A stretch of DNA of 64,000 nucleotides, from contig CAKURH010000004.1 of the NCBI GenBank assembly GCA_934675625.1, forward strand, positions 640-64,639, read 5' to 3'. The notes below the pieces were generated by a model. It had not been told where the DNA came from and made no database searches. It was given only the letters and a program-made list of their open reading frames with translations. The DNA comes from an uncultured Kiritimatiellota bacterium (GTDB taxonomy: Bacteria; Verrucomicrobiota; Kiritimatiellia; RFP12; UBA1067). Both the position numbers and the translations under genes were made by a program. Shown piece by piece: positions 42,592 to 52,019 of the stretch (position 1 is its first letter; the number at the start of each line of letters is the position of its first letter).

Positions 42592-43738
42592 TTTCTGCGA
42601 CCGTGTTCTGCGCGCGCCACTGGCTCATGGTGAGGCCCGTCCGGGCCTTGAAGAGCCGCTTCAGGTAGATGGACGAGCCCCATCCGCAGAGGTTGGCGAT
42701 GGGCTCCATGATCTGGTTCGGCTTCTTCAGGAGCTCGAATACGCGCTCCATTCGGACGGAGATGATCTCTTCGACGATCGTCCGTCCCGTGGCGCTCTTG
42801 AAGCGGTTTTCGGCGGCGCGCTCGGAAAGGCCGAGGAACTTGACGACGTCCGTCGCGGTGAGCCCGTTGCAGGCCTCGCGGCGGATGTAGTCGAGCGCCT
42901 CTCCGATTGGGGTCTTTGAGGGCTTCAGCCGTCGTGAGGAGAGCCGCCGGGTGAGTCCGATCGGCGAATAGGTGAGCTTCTGCGGCTGGAGCTTGGGGTT
43001 GGCCAGGCGCTTCAGCAGGAGTTCCGCCGCGAGCCGTCCGCTGGTCCTGAAGCTCGGATGCACGCTGGTCAGCGACGGATGCGTGTTGTCGCAGAACGTC
43101 GGGTCGTCGTCCACGCCGACGACCCGGATGTCGCCCGGAACGGGTCGGCCGAGCTGGAGACAGGCGTTCAGCACGTCCGAGGCATAGGCGTCGTTGACGG
43201 CGAAGATGCCGCAGCCGACGGGAAGCCCGGCGAGGAACGGGCGCAGCCTTGCGGCGAATTCGGCCTTGTTCCCGAACGTGAGCGAATCCGTCAGGGCGAA
43301 GCACGCTTTTCCGTGCGCGGCGGCGCGGGCGGCGAAGCGGGCCTTGCGTCGGTGGCTCCACCCGACGTCTGGATTCCAGCCGACGAAGGCGAGCGAGGGA
43401 CAGTCTGCGAGTTCCTGGAAGGCGAGGTCGGCAATGGCTTCCGCATCGTTGAGCACGGTAAAGGCCGACGGGTCTTCCAGCGTCCAGTCGGGCGGGTCAA
43501 GATGGACGAGCGGGACACCGCGAAAGGTCTCCGAAGGAATCTCCCGGTTGCAGGCGCCTTCCAGGATGATGCCGACCGGCTGCCAGTAGGCGACGACATC
43601 CGCAAGCGGCTCGGTCAGGCGGACGAGCTCGACCGCCTCGATGCGCATCCCGGAACCGACGACGACTTCCTGCGCGCCCGCATACTGGTAGACGCGGGAA
43701 CGCGCATTGAGATCGGTTATGAAGAGGACGGTATCCAT
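42560..43738 (-). CDS. XylR-type regulator (periplasmic-binding-protein-like sugar sensor + AraC HTH)
   Basis: The PBP1/LacI-like N-terminal region shows ..GIFAVNDAYA..IRVVGVDDD... The C-terminal AraC HTH shows ..CGWGSSIYLKRLFKARTGLTMSQWR. The last c.10 codons and the stop lie inside repeat copy 2. Confidence 0.8.
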   Translation of the reverse strand: MDTVLFITDLNARSRVYQYAGAQEVVVGSGMRIEAVELVRLTEPLADVVAYWQPVGIILEGACNREIPSETFRGVPLVHLDPPDWTLEDPSAFTVLNDAEAIADLAFQELADCPSLAFVGWNPDVGWSHRRKARFAARAAAHGKACFALTDSLTFGNKAEFAARLRPFLAGLPVGCGIFAVNDAYASDVLNACLQLGRPVPGDIRVVGVDDDPTFCDNTHPSLTSVHPSFRTSGRLAAELLLKRLANPKLQPQKLTYSPIGLTRRLSSRRLKPSKTPIGEALDYIRREACNGLTATDVVKFLGLSERAAENRFKSATGRTIVEEIISVRMERVFELLKKPNQIMEPIANLCGWGSSIYLKRLFKARTGLTMSQWRAQNTVAENRNPSSPQKE

Positions 43739-43753
43739 TTCGACGTTGGGGGA

Positions 43754-43762
43754 ATAATACCA
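43754..43762 (-). promoter_or_regulatory. extended -10 element TGGTATTAT (minus strand), 15 nt upstream of ATG 43738
   Basis: The reverse complement of 43754-43762 reads TGGTATTAT. Confidence 0.4.
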
Positions 43763-43883
43763 TAATCGCGCTTCGGGCGCAAGCGGAAATGGTTAGTCGC
43801 GATGTGCGGTTTTGGTTAGGGGTGGGGTAGTCTCATTTGATAAACTACCTACATCGTTAAATCAGATTGTAAGGAGGCTCACG

Positions 43884-46613
43884 ATGCAGCACATCATGAC
43901 TGGCAAGCGCGTCATTCTTTCGTTTTCCCTGCTTTGCGGCACGTTCGCGGGCGCGACCGACTACTACGTCGCGACAGATGGCTCGGACACGAACGACGGG
44001 CTGACGGCGGCGACGGCGTTCGCGACGGTCGACAAGGCGGTCTCGACGGTCGGCGCGGCGGACACGATCTACGTCGCGGCAGGTACCTACACGACGACGA
44101 CCAAGTGGGGTCCGAGCTTGGAGGCGACGATGATCGGCACGGGCGACTCGCGGGATGACGTCGTTCTAGAATCAGCTGGCGATTACCGCACGCTTCGCAT
44201 GACCTCGGCGGCGGTCGTCAGCAACCTGACGATTGTCGGCAATGTGTCTTGGAAAGCCGACAAGGGCGGTGCCGTCGAGATGACAGGCGGAACGATTGAC
44301 AATTGCGTGATCAAGGGCGGCACGGCGTATGCGAAAGACAACCTCGCCGGCGGCAACGTGTACATGGACAAGAACGCGATCGTGCGGAATTGCGACATCA
44401 TCGGCGGTTCTGCGACCAATCGCGGCGGAAACGTCCACATCGTCAGCGGCAGCCTGTTGAATTGCGCGATCAAGGGCGGCAGGACGGAAGGCAACGGCGG
44501 CATCGGCGGTAATCTTTTCGTGAACGGGAGCGCCGTGGTGGTTTCGAATTGCGTCATTCAGGGCGGTTCGGCAGATGCTCGTGGCGGCAACGTGTTCCTC
44601 CTTGCCGGAACACTGGAAGACTGCCAAGTCAAGGATGGCGTTGTCGTCACCGCATCAGACCAGTATCATGGCGGTGGCAACCTCTTCGTTCAGGCTGGAA
44701 CGCTCAGCCGCTGCTCCATCACGGGAGGGTCCATTACAAGCGGGAACGAACGCGGCGGCGGCATCTTGGTGAGAAGTCAGAACTCGTCTGCCATTCTGAT
44801 TGAGGATTGCCTTGTCGCAAACAACTCGCAGGGAGGCATTTACGCCATCGACAAGGTTACGGAAATCTACAACACGACAATCGTGGACAATACGGGGTAT
44901 GGGATTTATGGCTATGGCAATTACCCAAAGTCTTTTGTGAACAACATCCTGTTCGGCAACAGAAATGCCAACGGCGCCAGAGAATGGGCGGGGAACAGGC
45001 TGGCGGACAACATTGCTTCGATAGGAACGGGCGATTCGGGGTTCAGCTCCACATTGGGATATGTCGCCATCGACGAGACGGCGTTCAAGGACTACGCGAA
45101 CGGCGACTACCGTCTGGCCGCGAATTCGGCTCTGGTCGATGCAGGGCAGGCCGATACGCGCGCGAACGCCTCTCGATTGGATCTGAATGGCGATTCCCGT
45201 ATCGTCTGGCGCGTTGACATTGGCTGCTATGAATGTCAGAAGACAGGCACGTTTGAAGTGGCAGAGGAAGAGACACATGGCAGGGCGCCTCTTTCCGTTA
45301 CGTTCAGGCGTGTCGCCGCAACTGCGTCGGATAACGTATCCTATCGCTTTGACTTTGGCGATGGAACTGCGGTCGAGACGACAACCGGAGATGAAATCAC
45401 CCATGAATATGCGATGCCCGGCGTTTTCTCCGTGAAGATAACGGCGATGGACGGCGTTTCCGAGACTGTTGAGGTTTTGAAGAATTACATTCGCGTGGCA
45501 GGTGATCGGCTGTATGTCGTGGTCGGCAACAAGTTCGCAGCATATCCGTATGATTCCAGGGAAACTGCCGCTGCGTCTTTGGCCTCCGCCTATGAGGACA
45601 TGGCAGAAGACGGGTGTGAAATCATTGTCAGTCCTGGCGTCTATGCTTCTGCGTCCACGCTGAACTTGACAAAGGCGGTGACGATTCGCAGCGAGACGGG
45701 GAATCCGAATGACGTGATTGTCAGGAATACGGGAACGGCCTCACGCGGCAACCAGTTCCGTTGCTTTCAGGTTGACAACGCGAATGCCGGGATATATGGC
45801 CTGACGATGGAAAACGGCAGCGTCTACAACGCTTTCGGAGGGTGTCTGCGGCTTGCGTCGGGCATGGTGTCCAATTGTGTCATCCGTGGCGGTGTCGTGA
45901 CGGCGGACGGCAATGCGAATGCTGGTGGCGGCGGTGTCGAGCTGTCCGGTTCCGGCATTGTTTCCCATTGCTGGATCACTAACAATGTCGTCAATGGGAC
46001 CGGCAGGGAGTCGGCCTATGTCGGCGGCGCCGTCATCTGGCCTTGGAACTCAAAGGGAAGGCTCGACAATACGCTGATCGCGTATAACACGTACATTACA
46101 TCCGGGAGTGCGCCTGTGCGAGGAGCGGCCGGGCTGCAGCTGGGCGGCGGAAATAATGGCGTCGTCATCGAGAACTGCTCCATCGTGTCGAATGTCGTTC
46201 AAGGAGCCATCTCGACAGAGTCTGCCGGTGTCTGGTTGAACGCATGGGATGTCACGTTCAGGAACTGCGTCATCGCGGGAAATTGGCAGACCGCCTCGAA
46301 TGCGTTTTCCAGCATTACGCTTCCGAGTGAGGCCTATGTTTACAAATGCGTCGCAGACGTCATGCCGACGACGACTTCATTCAAACCCGGCTCCACCGGT
46401 TTCACTCTTGCTGACAGGACGGCGATTTTCGAAGACTTCGACGGCGGCGACTTCACGCCGAGGCCGGGCGGGCGCCTGTCGAACAAGGGGACGGTGCCGA
46501 CCTTCGCGACAGACGTCGACCTCGCCGGGAATCCGCGCGTCTTCGGTCGCGCCATCGACGTCGGCTGCTACGAGGCCCAGCGCCTTCCGGGCGGCGTCTT
46601 CATCGTCCGCTGA
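43884..46613 (+). CDS. secreted right-handed beta-helix (pectate-lyase-fold) repeat protein with PKD domain
   Basis: AAGGAGG SD before the ATG at 43884, followed by a signal peptide. The YYVATDGSDTNDGLTAATAF opening is typical of beta-helix proteins, and many ..GG....N..I.. turns follow. The PKD-like segment is APLSVTF..YRFDFGDGT..HEY..GVFSVKITA. The motif DL.G..R......D.GCYE occurs twice. Confidence 0.7.
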   Translation: MQHIMTGKRVILSFSLLCGTFAGATDYYVATDGSDTNDGLTAATAFATVDKAVSTVGAADTIYVAAGTYTTTTKWGPSLEATMIGTGDSRDDVVLESAGDYRTLRMTSAAVVSNLTIVGNVSWKADKGGAVEMTGGTIDNCVIKGGTAYAKDNLAGGNVYMDKNAIVRNCDIIGGSATNRGGNVHIVSGSLLNCAIKGGRTEGNGGIGGNLFVNGSAVVVSNCVIQGGSADARGGNVFLLAGTLEDCQVKDGVVVTASDQYHGGGNLFVQAGTLSRCSITGGSITSGNERGGGILVRSQNSSAILIEDCLVANNSQGGIYAIDKVTEIYNTTIVDNTGYGIYGYGNYPKSFVNNILFGNRNANGAREWAGNRLADNIASIGTGDSGFSSTLGYVAIDETAFKDYANGDYRLAANSALVDAGQADTRANASRLDLNGDSRIVWRVDIGCYECQKTGTFEVAEEETHGRAPLSVTFRRVAATASDNVSYRFDFGDGTAVETTTGDEITHEYAMPGVFSVKITAMDGVSETVEVLKNYIRVAGDRLYVVVGNKFAAYPYDSRETAAASLASAYEDMAEDGCEIIVSPGVYASASTLNLTKAVTIRSETGNPNDVIVRNTGTASRGNQFRCFQVDNANAGIYGLTMENGSVYNAFGGCLRLASGMVSNCVIRGGVVTADGNANAGGGGVELSGSGIVSHCWITNNVVNGTGRESAYVGGAVIWPWNSKGRLDNTLIAYNTYITSGSAPVRGAAGLQLGGGNNGVVIENCSIVSNVVQGAISTESAGVWLNAWDVTFRNCVIAGNWQTASNAFSSITLPSEAYVYKCVADVMPTTTSFKPGSTGFTLADRTAIFEDFDGGDFTPRPGGRLSNKGTVPTFATDVDLAGNPRVFGRAIDVGCYEAQRLPGGVFIVR

Positions 46614-46639
46614 CCGCACACAGGCAAGGGCGACGTCTC

Positions 46640-48466
46640 ATGTTCGGCTCTATTCTCGCCGTTGCGCTCGTGGCACTCTCCCTGAGCGACTTCAAGCCCG
46701 TGCACCGGGCGCAGGTGACCCCAGAGGCCCCGAACCAGGTGCGTCTCGACCTGCCGAGCGCCGAATGGGATTCCGGCTTGCGCTGGGACCCGGTTCCGGC
46801 GGCGGACTTCTCCCAGGCGAAGTTCCTTGCCGTTGACGTGGAGAACCTTTCGACGACGCGGCAGGCGAGGCTCACGATGCACGTCTCGGCCGGCGCGGCG
46901 CAAGGCGATTCGGGCGACCACGCGACGGCGATTGCGCGAAAGAACAGGTCCGCCAACACGGGCATCGGGCTGAATCCGGGCGAAAGGCGGACGATGCGGC
47001 TGCTCCTGACGCACCCCGAAGTCTACGGGTGCCCGACGAACGCGCGCGGCCCCGCCGTCATCGACACGAAGCACGTCACCTCCGTCCAGTTCAAGATGCA
47101 GTGGCCTTTCGAGGATGAGGTGAAGGGCCTGGCCGAACTGCGGCTCTCGAACCTGCGGCTGGAGGGCGAGCCCGAATGGGCGCGATTCGTGCCCGCCGAG
47201 CGATACGTCCCGTTCATCGACAGGTACGGGCAGTTCGCCCATGCCGAATGGAAGGGGAAGGTGCATGCCGACAGGGATCTCGCCGATGACCTCGAAGCCG
47301 AGCGCAAGGCACTCGCCCCGCCGCCCGCGTCGTGGGACCGCTTCGGCGGCTGGAAGGACGGCCCGCAGCTTGCCGCGACGGGCAGCTTCCGCACCGAGAA
47401 GGTCGACGGCCGGTGGTGGCTTGTCACGCCTGACGGGCACCTCTTCTTCTCCGTCGGGCTGGACGTGACGCGGATCATGACGGACGTGACAGACGCCTCG
47501 AAGCACCCAGACTGGTATCAGGGCGAGATCCCTGCCGACAGGAAGATGGCGTTCACGGTCTGGAATCTGGAGAAGAAGTTCGGGAAGAAGGACTTTGCGG
47601 CGGACTACTTTGACTTCGTGCTGAAGCGGTTCGACTCGTGGGGACTGAACACGATCGGCAACTGGAGCGCGCCCGAACTCGGCCTGCTCTCGAAGAAGCC
47701 GTATGTCGCAAGTGTGCTCGAACGCGGCAAAGGCGTGCCGCGCCACCCGAAATTCCACATCTACGACTTCGCGGTGCCGAACTTCGAGGCGACGATGCGC
47801 GCGGCGATTCGCGAGAAGTTCGCGACGGACAGGTCGCTGAAGCACGCGGCGAAAGACCCGATGTGCATCGGCTTCTTCGTCGACAACGAGCTCCAGTTCC
47901 AGAAGTGGATTCCCGATGTCGGCGGGGAGGTCGCCGAGCCTTTTCTCGACCTCTATTTCCGCATCTGCCGCGAGGAGCTGGCGCGCGCCGCGCCGGGCAA
48001 GCTCTACCTCGGCTCGCGCTTCGTCGGCTTCCGTCAGGCGGGCGTCCTGTGGCGCACGGCGGCGAAGCATTGCGACGTCATCACGGTGAACGCCTATGCG
48101 AACTCGGTGTACAATCTTTCGGAGCGGATGTTCTCGGACGGGAACGAGAAGCCGATTCTCGTCGGCGAGTTCCATTTCGGCGCCTACGACAGGGGCATGT
48201 TCAAGCCGGGGCTCGCGCCCGTCTACGACGAGCGGGAGCGCGCCCGCAGCTTCGCGCGCTTCGTGCAGGGCTGCCTGCAGCATCCGCTGATCGTCGGCTG
48301 TCACTGGTTTCAGTATCGCGACCAGCCCCTGCTCGGACGCGGCGACGGCGAGGCCTACGAGATCGGTTTCGTGGATGTCGTCGACCGCCCCTACGAATGG
48401 CTCTGCCGTGCCGCCCGCGCACTCGGGCAGACGATGTATTTCCGGCGCGCGAAGGGGGTCTGGTGA
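46640..48466 (+). CDS. putative glycoside hydrolase (beta-sandwich N-domain + (beta/alpha)8-like catalytic domain; family not assignable by eye)
   Basis: An N-terminal hydrophobic anchor is followed by FRTEKVDGRWWLVTPDGHLFFSVG, WGLNTIGNWS, FFVDNELQF, GEFHFG and HWFQYRDQP. These resemble agarase/GH42-like hydrolases common in PVC genomes. Confidence 0.5.
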   Translation: MFGSILAVALVALSLSDFKPVHRAQVTPEAPNQVRLDLPSAEWDSGLRWDPVPAADFSQAKFLAVDVENLSTTRQARLTMHVSAGAAQGDSGDHATAIARKNRSANTGIGLNPGERRTMRLLLTHPEVYGCPTNARGPAVIDTKHVTSVQFKMQWPFEDEVKGLAELRLSNLRLEGEPEWARFVPAERYVPFIDRYGQFAHAEWKGKVHADRDLADDLEAERKALAPPPASWDRFGGWKDGPQLAATGSFRTEKVDGRWWLVTPDGHLFFSVGLDVTRIMTDVTDASKHPDWYQGEIPADRKMAFTVWNLEKKFGKKDFAADYFDFVLKRFDSWGLNTIGNWSAPELGLLSKKPYVASVLERGKGVPRHPKFHIYDFAVPNFEATMRAAIREKFATDRSLKHAAKDPMCIGFFVDNELQFQKWIPDVGGEVAEPFLDLYFRICREELARAAPGKLYLGSRFVGFRQAGVLWRTAAKHCDVITVNAYANSVYNLSERMFSDGNEKPILVGEFHFGAYDRGMFKPGLAPVYDERERARSFARFVQGCLQHPLIVGCHWFQYRDQPLLGRGDGEAYEIGFVDVVDRPYEWLCRAARALGQTMYFRRAKGVW

Positions 48467-48501
48467 CGCGGGCGACGTCCGTGCTGACGTCTTCGCGGAT
48501 A

Positions 48502-48510
48502 TGGTATAAT
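48502..48510 (+). promoter_or_regulatory. extended -10 element TGGTATAAT, 10 nt upstream of ATG 48521 (leaderless type)
   Basis: Exact TGnTATAAT match. Confidence 0.5.
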
Positions 48511-48520
48511 ATGCGGCCAA

Positions 48521-49435
48521 ATGAAATGCGAGATTTGCCATCAGGCGAACGCCGAGACGGCGATTGTCCGTGGCGAGGGCGAGACGGCGGAGGAACTCTA
48601 CGTCTGCAAGGCCTGCGCCAAGGCGGAACGTCAGCGTCGCCAGAAGAAGAGCCAGCGGACCCGTAAGGTGACGGGCCTTCCGCCGGGCGTGTCGATGTCC
48701 ATTACCCGGATCAGCCCCAGCACGGAGGAGGACGCGGCGGAAGACGAGGGCATTCCGGAGATTCTCGGCTCGTTCATCGACGCCGTGAACGGCATGGTGT
48801 CCGACCTGGAGAAGGCGGCGGACGCACACGAGAAGAAGGGCGCGCCGGACGAGAAGCGGCACGCCTTCCCCTTGACGCGCGTCGAGGCGCCGTTCCGCGT
48901 GCGCGGCCAGCTCCACCTGGAGGGACTTCACCTCATCGGCGAGCTGGAGTCCGTCCGCCGCGCGCTGCATGCGCTCAACATGGAGCTCGTCGGCGTGGAG
49001 GCGGATGGCGTGAACGAGCCGGGCCATGTCTACGGCATCGACTACACGGGGTCGTCCGAGCGGGCGAAGCGCGTGGTCGCGGACCTGCTGCGCGAGGAGC
49101 GCAACGCGCGCGTGCGCCTCTCCGAGGAGCTGCCGCGCGTCTTCGGCGACTCGCTCTGCCGCGCGCTCGCGATCCTGAAGAACTGCCGTCTCCTGTCGCC
49201 GGGCGAGCTCTTTGACCTGCTCTCGCCGCTGCGGCTTGCGGCGATGCAGAAGCTGCTGGACGGCATCACGCTGGAGGAGATCGAGAAGATGCTGCTCGAA
49301 TGCGACCTCACGGGCGCGGAGGACAAGCTGGAGCAGGAGGAGCGCGACCAGGCGGACGCCGACCGCGCGGACGAGATGAACCGCCGCTTCGAGGACGTGA
49401 TGCTGAACGAACGCGCCGAGGAGAAGTTCCTATGA
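48521..49435 (+). CDS. zinc-ribbon protein (McsA-like N-terminus) of unknown function, translationally coupled to clpC
   Basis: MKCEICHQ..(22 aa)..YVCKACAK forms a CxxC..CxxC ribbon like the first finger of Bacillus McsA. I do not recognise the remaining c.260 aa. The gene shares an ATGA overlap with clpC. Confidence 0.5.
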   Translation: MKCEICHQANAETAIVRGEGETAEELYVCKACAKAERQRRQKKSQRTRKVTGLPPGVSMSITRISPSTEEDAAEDEGIPEILGSFIDAVNGMVSDLEKAADAHEKKGAPDEKRHAFPLTRVEAPFRVRGQLHLEGLHLIGELESVRRALHALNMELVGVEADGVNEPGHVYGIDYTGSSERAKRVVADLLREERNARVRLSEELPRVFGDSLCRALAILKNCRLLSPGELFDLLSPLRLAAMQKLLDGITLEEIEKMLLECDLTGAEDKLEQEERDQADADRADEMNRRFEDVMLNERAEEKFL

Positions 49436-51885
49436 GCCTGAGCTTTACGAAACACGCCGTCGATGCGCTGAACGCGGCGTCGAGCTGCGCGCAGCAGCTC
49501 GGTCACGACCACATCGGCGCCGAACACATCTTCCTGTCGATCATCGCGATTCCGGCGTGCGGCGCGGCCCAGCGGCTCGTCTCGCTCGGCCTGGCGCTCG
49601 ACGACCTCGTCGAGTCGATGAAGTCCGTCCTCACGGGCGGCGGCGCCGGCACGCTCCAGCGCGGACAGCTGCCGCTGACGGCGCGGACGAAGAAGATCAT
49701 CGACATGGCCGCGATCGAGTCCGGCCCCGGCAACGCGGTCGCCACGGAGCACCTCGTCCTCGCCATGCTGCGCGAGGGCGAGAACGCGGCGGCGCAGCTG
49801 CTGTTCAACGCGGGCGTGACGGTCGACAAGTTCATCGCCGCCGGGACGCAGGGCGGCGCGAACGCGGCGGCGTCCGGCGCGGCGGAGGGCGACGGCGAGG
49901 GCGGTGACGCGGCGTCCGCGAAGGAGGGCGCGAACGGCAAGGCGCAGAAGACGCCGACGATCAACACCTACGGGCGCGACCTCACGGATCTCGCGCGGCA
50001 GGGCCAGCTCGACCCCGTGATCGGGCGCGCGAAGGAGCTGAAGCGCATCGTCCAGATCCTCTCGCGGCGCACGAAGAACAACGCCGTCCTCATCGGCGAG
50101 GCGGGCGTCGGCAAGACGGCCGTCGTCGAGGGCCTCGCGCAGGCGATCCACCGGGGCGAGGTGCCCGAGCGCATGCAGGCGAAGCGCGTCGTCGCGCTCG
50201 ACATGGCGCGGCTCGTCGCGGGCACGCAGTACCGCGGCCAGTTCGAGGAGCGCCTGAAGAAGGTGATCGACGAGACGAAGCGCGCGGGGAACATCATCCT
50301 CTTCCTGGACGAGATCCACACGATGGTCGGCGCGGGCGGGGCCGAGGGCGCGATGGATGCGGCGAACATCCTGAAGCCGGCCCTCGCGCGCGGCGAGCTG
50401 CAGTGCGTCGGCGCGACGACGCTGAAGGAGTACCACAAGTCCATCGAGAAGGACGCCGCGCTGGAGCGCCGCTTCCAGGCCGTCACGGTGGACGAGCCGT
50501 CCGTCGCGGACACGATTGAGATATTGAAGGGGATCGCGCCGAAGTACGAGGAATACCACTCGGCGACGTTCACGCCGGCGGCGCTGCGCGCGGCGGTCGA
50601 GCTGACGGCGCGCTACCTGCCCGCGCGGCAGCTGCCGGACAAGGCGATTGACGCGATGGACGAGACGGGCGCGCGCCTCCGGGCGAGCGCGAGCGCGCGG
50701 CCGAAGGCGCTCACGGCGATGCAGGAGAAGATCGACACGCTGCGCGGGCAGAAGGACGCCGTCGTCGCGAAGGGCGACTTTGACTCCGCCGCGAAGTTCC
50801 GCGAGGCGATCCGCGTCGCGTCCGCCGAGTTTCAGGAAGCCCTGAAGAAGTGGAAGGAGACGCACGCCGAAGAGACGCTGGAGATTTCGGAGAACGACGT
50901 CGCCGAGACGGTCTCGTCCATGAGCGGCGTGCCCGTCGAGAAGATGAACGCGACGACGGCGGAGAAGCTGCTCGCGATGGAGAAGACGCTGGGGAGCGTC
51001 GTGGTCGGGCAGATGCCCGCCGTGAAGGCGATCGCGCGCGCGCTGCGGCGGTCGCGCGCCCTGCGGGCCGACCCGAAGCGGCCGATCGGCTCGTTCCTCT
51101 TCCTCGGGCCGACCGGCGTCGGCAAGACGCATCTCGCGAAGATGCTTGCCGAAAAGGTCTACGGGGACGACAAGGCGCTCATCACGCTCGACATGTCGGA
51201 GTTTCAGGAGAAGTACTCCTCGTCGCGCCTCGTCGGCGCGCCGCCCGGCTACGTCGGCTACGACGAGGGCGGGCAGCTCACCGAGAAGGTGCGGCGGCGC
51301 CCGTATTCGGTCGTCCTCTTCGACGAGTTCGAGAAGGCGAACGGCGACGTCTGCAACATGCTGCTCCAGATCCTTGACGAGGGGCGGCTCACGGACGGGC
51401 AGGGGCGCATCATCGACTTCCGCAACACGATCATCATCTGCACGGCGAACCTCGGCTTCGACTTCGCGCGCGAGGGGCATTCGCTCGGCTTTGCGCGCGA
51501 CACGGCGGAGACGAGCTACGAGGTGCTGAAGGAGAAGCTGCTGGGCGAGGCGAAGCGCGCGTTCCGTCCCGAACTGCTGAACCGCTTCGACGAGACGGTC
51601 GTCTTCAAGAAGCTCGAGAAGGCCGACTTGGAGGCGATCCTGAATCTGGAGCTCGCGCGGCTGCAGGCGCGGCTGAAGGATTCGCACATCTCGCTGTCGC
51701 TGGACAAGAAGGCGGCGGACTTCCTGATCGAGAAGGGGTACGACGGCGCGCTCGGCGCGCGGCCGCTCCGCCGCGTCGTGCAGGACTACGTCGAGGATCC
51801 GCTCGCGGATCTCGTCCTCGCGGGCAAGGCGAAGCCGCGCCTCAAGGCGAAGCTCGCCAAGGATGGGCAGTCGCTGAGGTTCTGA
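49432..51885 (+). CDS. clpC: ATP-dependent Clp protease ATP-binding subunit ClpC
   Basis: Two Clp_N repeats are followed by two AAA+ modules (GEAGVGKTA and GPTGVGKTH). A short UVR-type middle domain and an LGF ClpP-docking loop are present. The product is 817 aa. Confidence 0.9.
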   Translation: MSLSFTKHAVDALNAASSCAQQLGHDHIGAEHIFLSIIAIPACGAAQRLVSLGLALDDLVESMKSVLTGGGAGTLQRGQLPLTARTKKIIDMAAIESGPGNAVATEHLVLAMLREGENAAAQLLFNAGVTVDKFIAAGTQGGANAAASGAAEGDGEGGDAASAKEGANGKAQKTPTINTYGRDLTDLARQGQLDPVIGRAKELKRIVQILSRRTKNNAVLIGEAGVGKTAVVEGLAQAIHRGEVPERMQAKRVVALDMARLVAGTQYRGQFEERLKKVIDETKRAGNIILFLDEIHTMVGAGGAEGAMDAANILKPALARGELQCVGATTLKEYHKSIEKDAALERRFQAVTVDEPSVADTIEILKGIAPKYEEYHSATFTPAALRAAVELTARYLPARQLPDKAIDAMDETGARLRASASARPKALTAMQEKIDTLRGQKDAVVAKGDFDSAAKFREAIRVASAEFQEALKKWKETHAEETLEISENDVAETVSSMSGVPVEKMNATTAEKLLAMEKTLGSVVVGQMPAVKAIARALRRSRALRADPKRPIGSFLFLGPTGVGKTHLAKMLAEKVYGDDKALITLDMSEFQEKYSSSRLVGAPPGYVGYDEGGQLTEKVRRRPYSVVLFDEFEKANGDVCNMLLQILDEGRLTDGQGRIIDFRNTIIICTANLGFDFAREGHSLGFARDTAETSYEVLKEKLLGEAKRAFRPELLNRFDETVVFKKLEKADLEAILNLELARLQARLKDSHISLSLDKKAADFLIEKGYDGALGARPLRRVVQDYVEDPLADLVLAGKAKPRLKAKLAKDGQSLRF

Positions 51886-51917
51886 ACGGATTCGCCTGCG
51901 AGAAGGAGACCGATAAT

Positions 51918-51944
51918 CGTCACTATTTCTGCGAAATAGTGACG
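51918..51944. repeat. perfect 12-bp inverted repeat CGTCACTATTTC(TGC)GAAATAGTGACG
   Basis: Read directly from the sequence. It lies 33 nt after the clpC stop and 56 nt before the pflB -10 element. Confidence 0.85.
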
Positions 51945-51999
51945 AAATGTCAAGTTGTCGGAGAAACTTTTCTCAGGCTAACACCCGGTGCGCGGAATG

Positions 52000-52008
52000 T
52001 GGTATAAT
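52000..52008 (+). promoter_or_regulatory. extended -10 element TGGTATAAT, 11 nt upstream of ATG 52020 (leaderless or near-leaderless)
   Basis: Exact TGnTATAAT match. Confidence 0.5.
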
Positions 52009-52019
52009 ACGCGACCGTT

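Noticed and set aside
42058-42633. A single 191-aa gene (Sel1-like region + immunity-like region + tail)
   Set aside because: It is better explained as a chimera. It combines a Sel1-like fragment, a truncated immunity paralog with its own SD and ATG at 42277, and read-through into the antisense of the regulator's 3' end.
43812-43883. Upstream GTG start for the beta-helix protein (ORF track start 43812)
   Set aside because: The ATG at 43884 is preceded by AAGGAGG at optimal spacing and is followed immediately by a typical signal peptide. The upstream extension adds no recognisable sequence.
51918-51944. CRP/FNR- or Rex-type operator
   Set aside because: The half-sites read ..GTCAC..GTGAC.. 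in the opposite arrangement to TGTGA-N6-TCACA. The spacing also does not fit TTGAT-N4-ATCAA or the Rex consensus. It is kept only as an unassigned palindrome.
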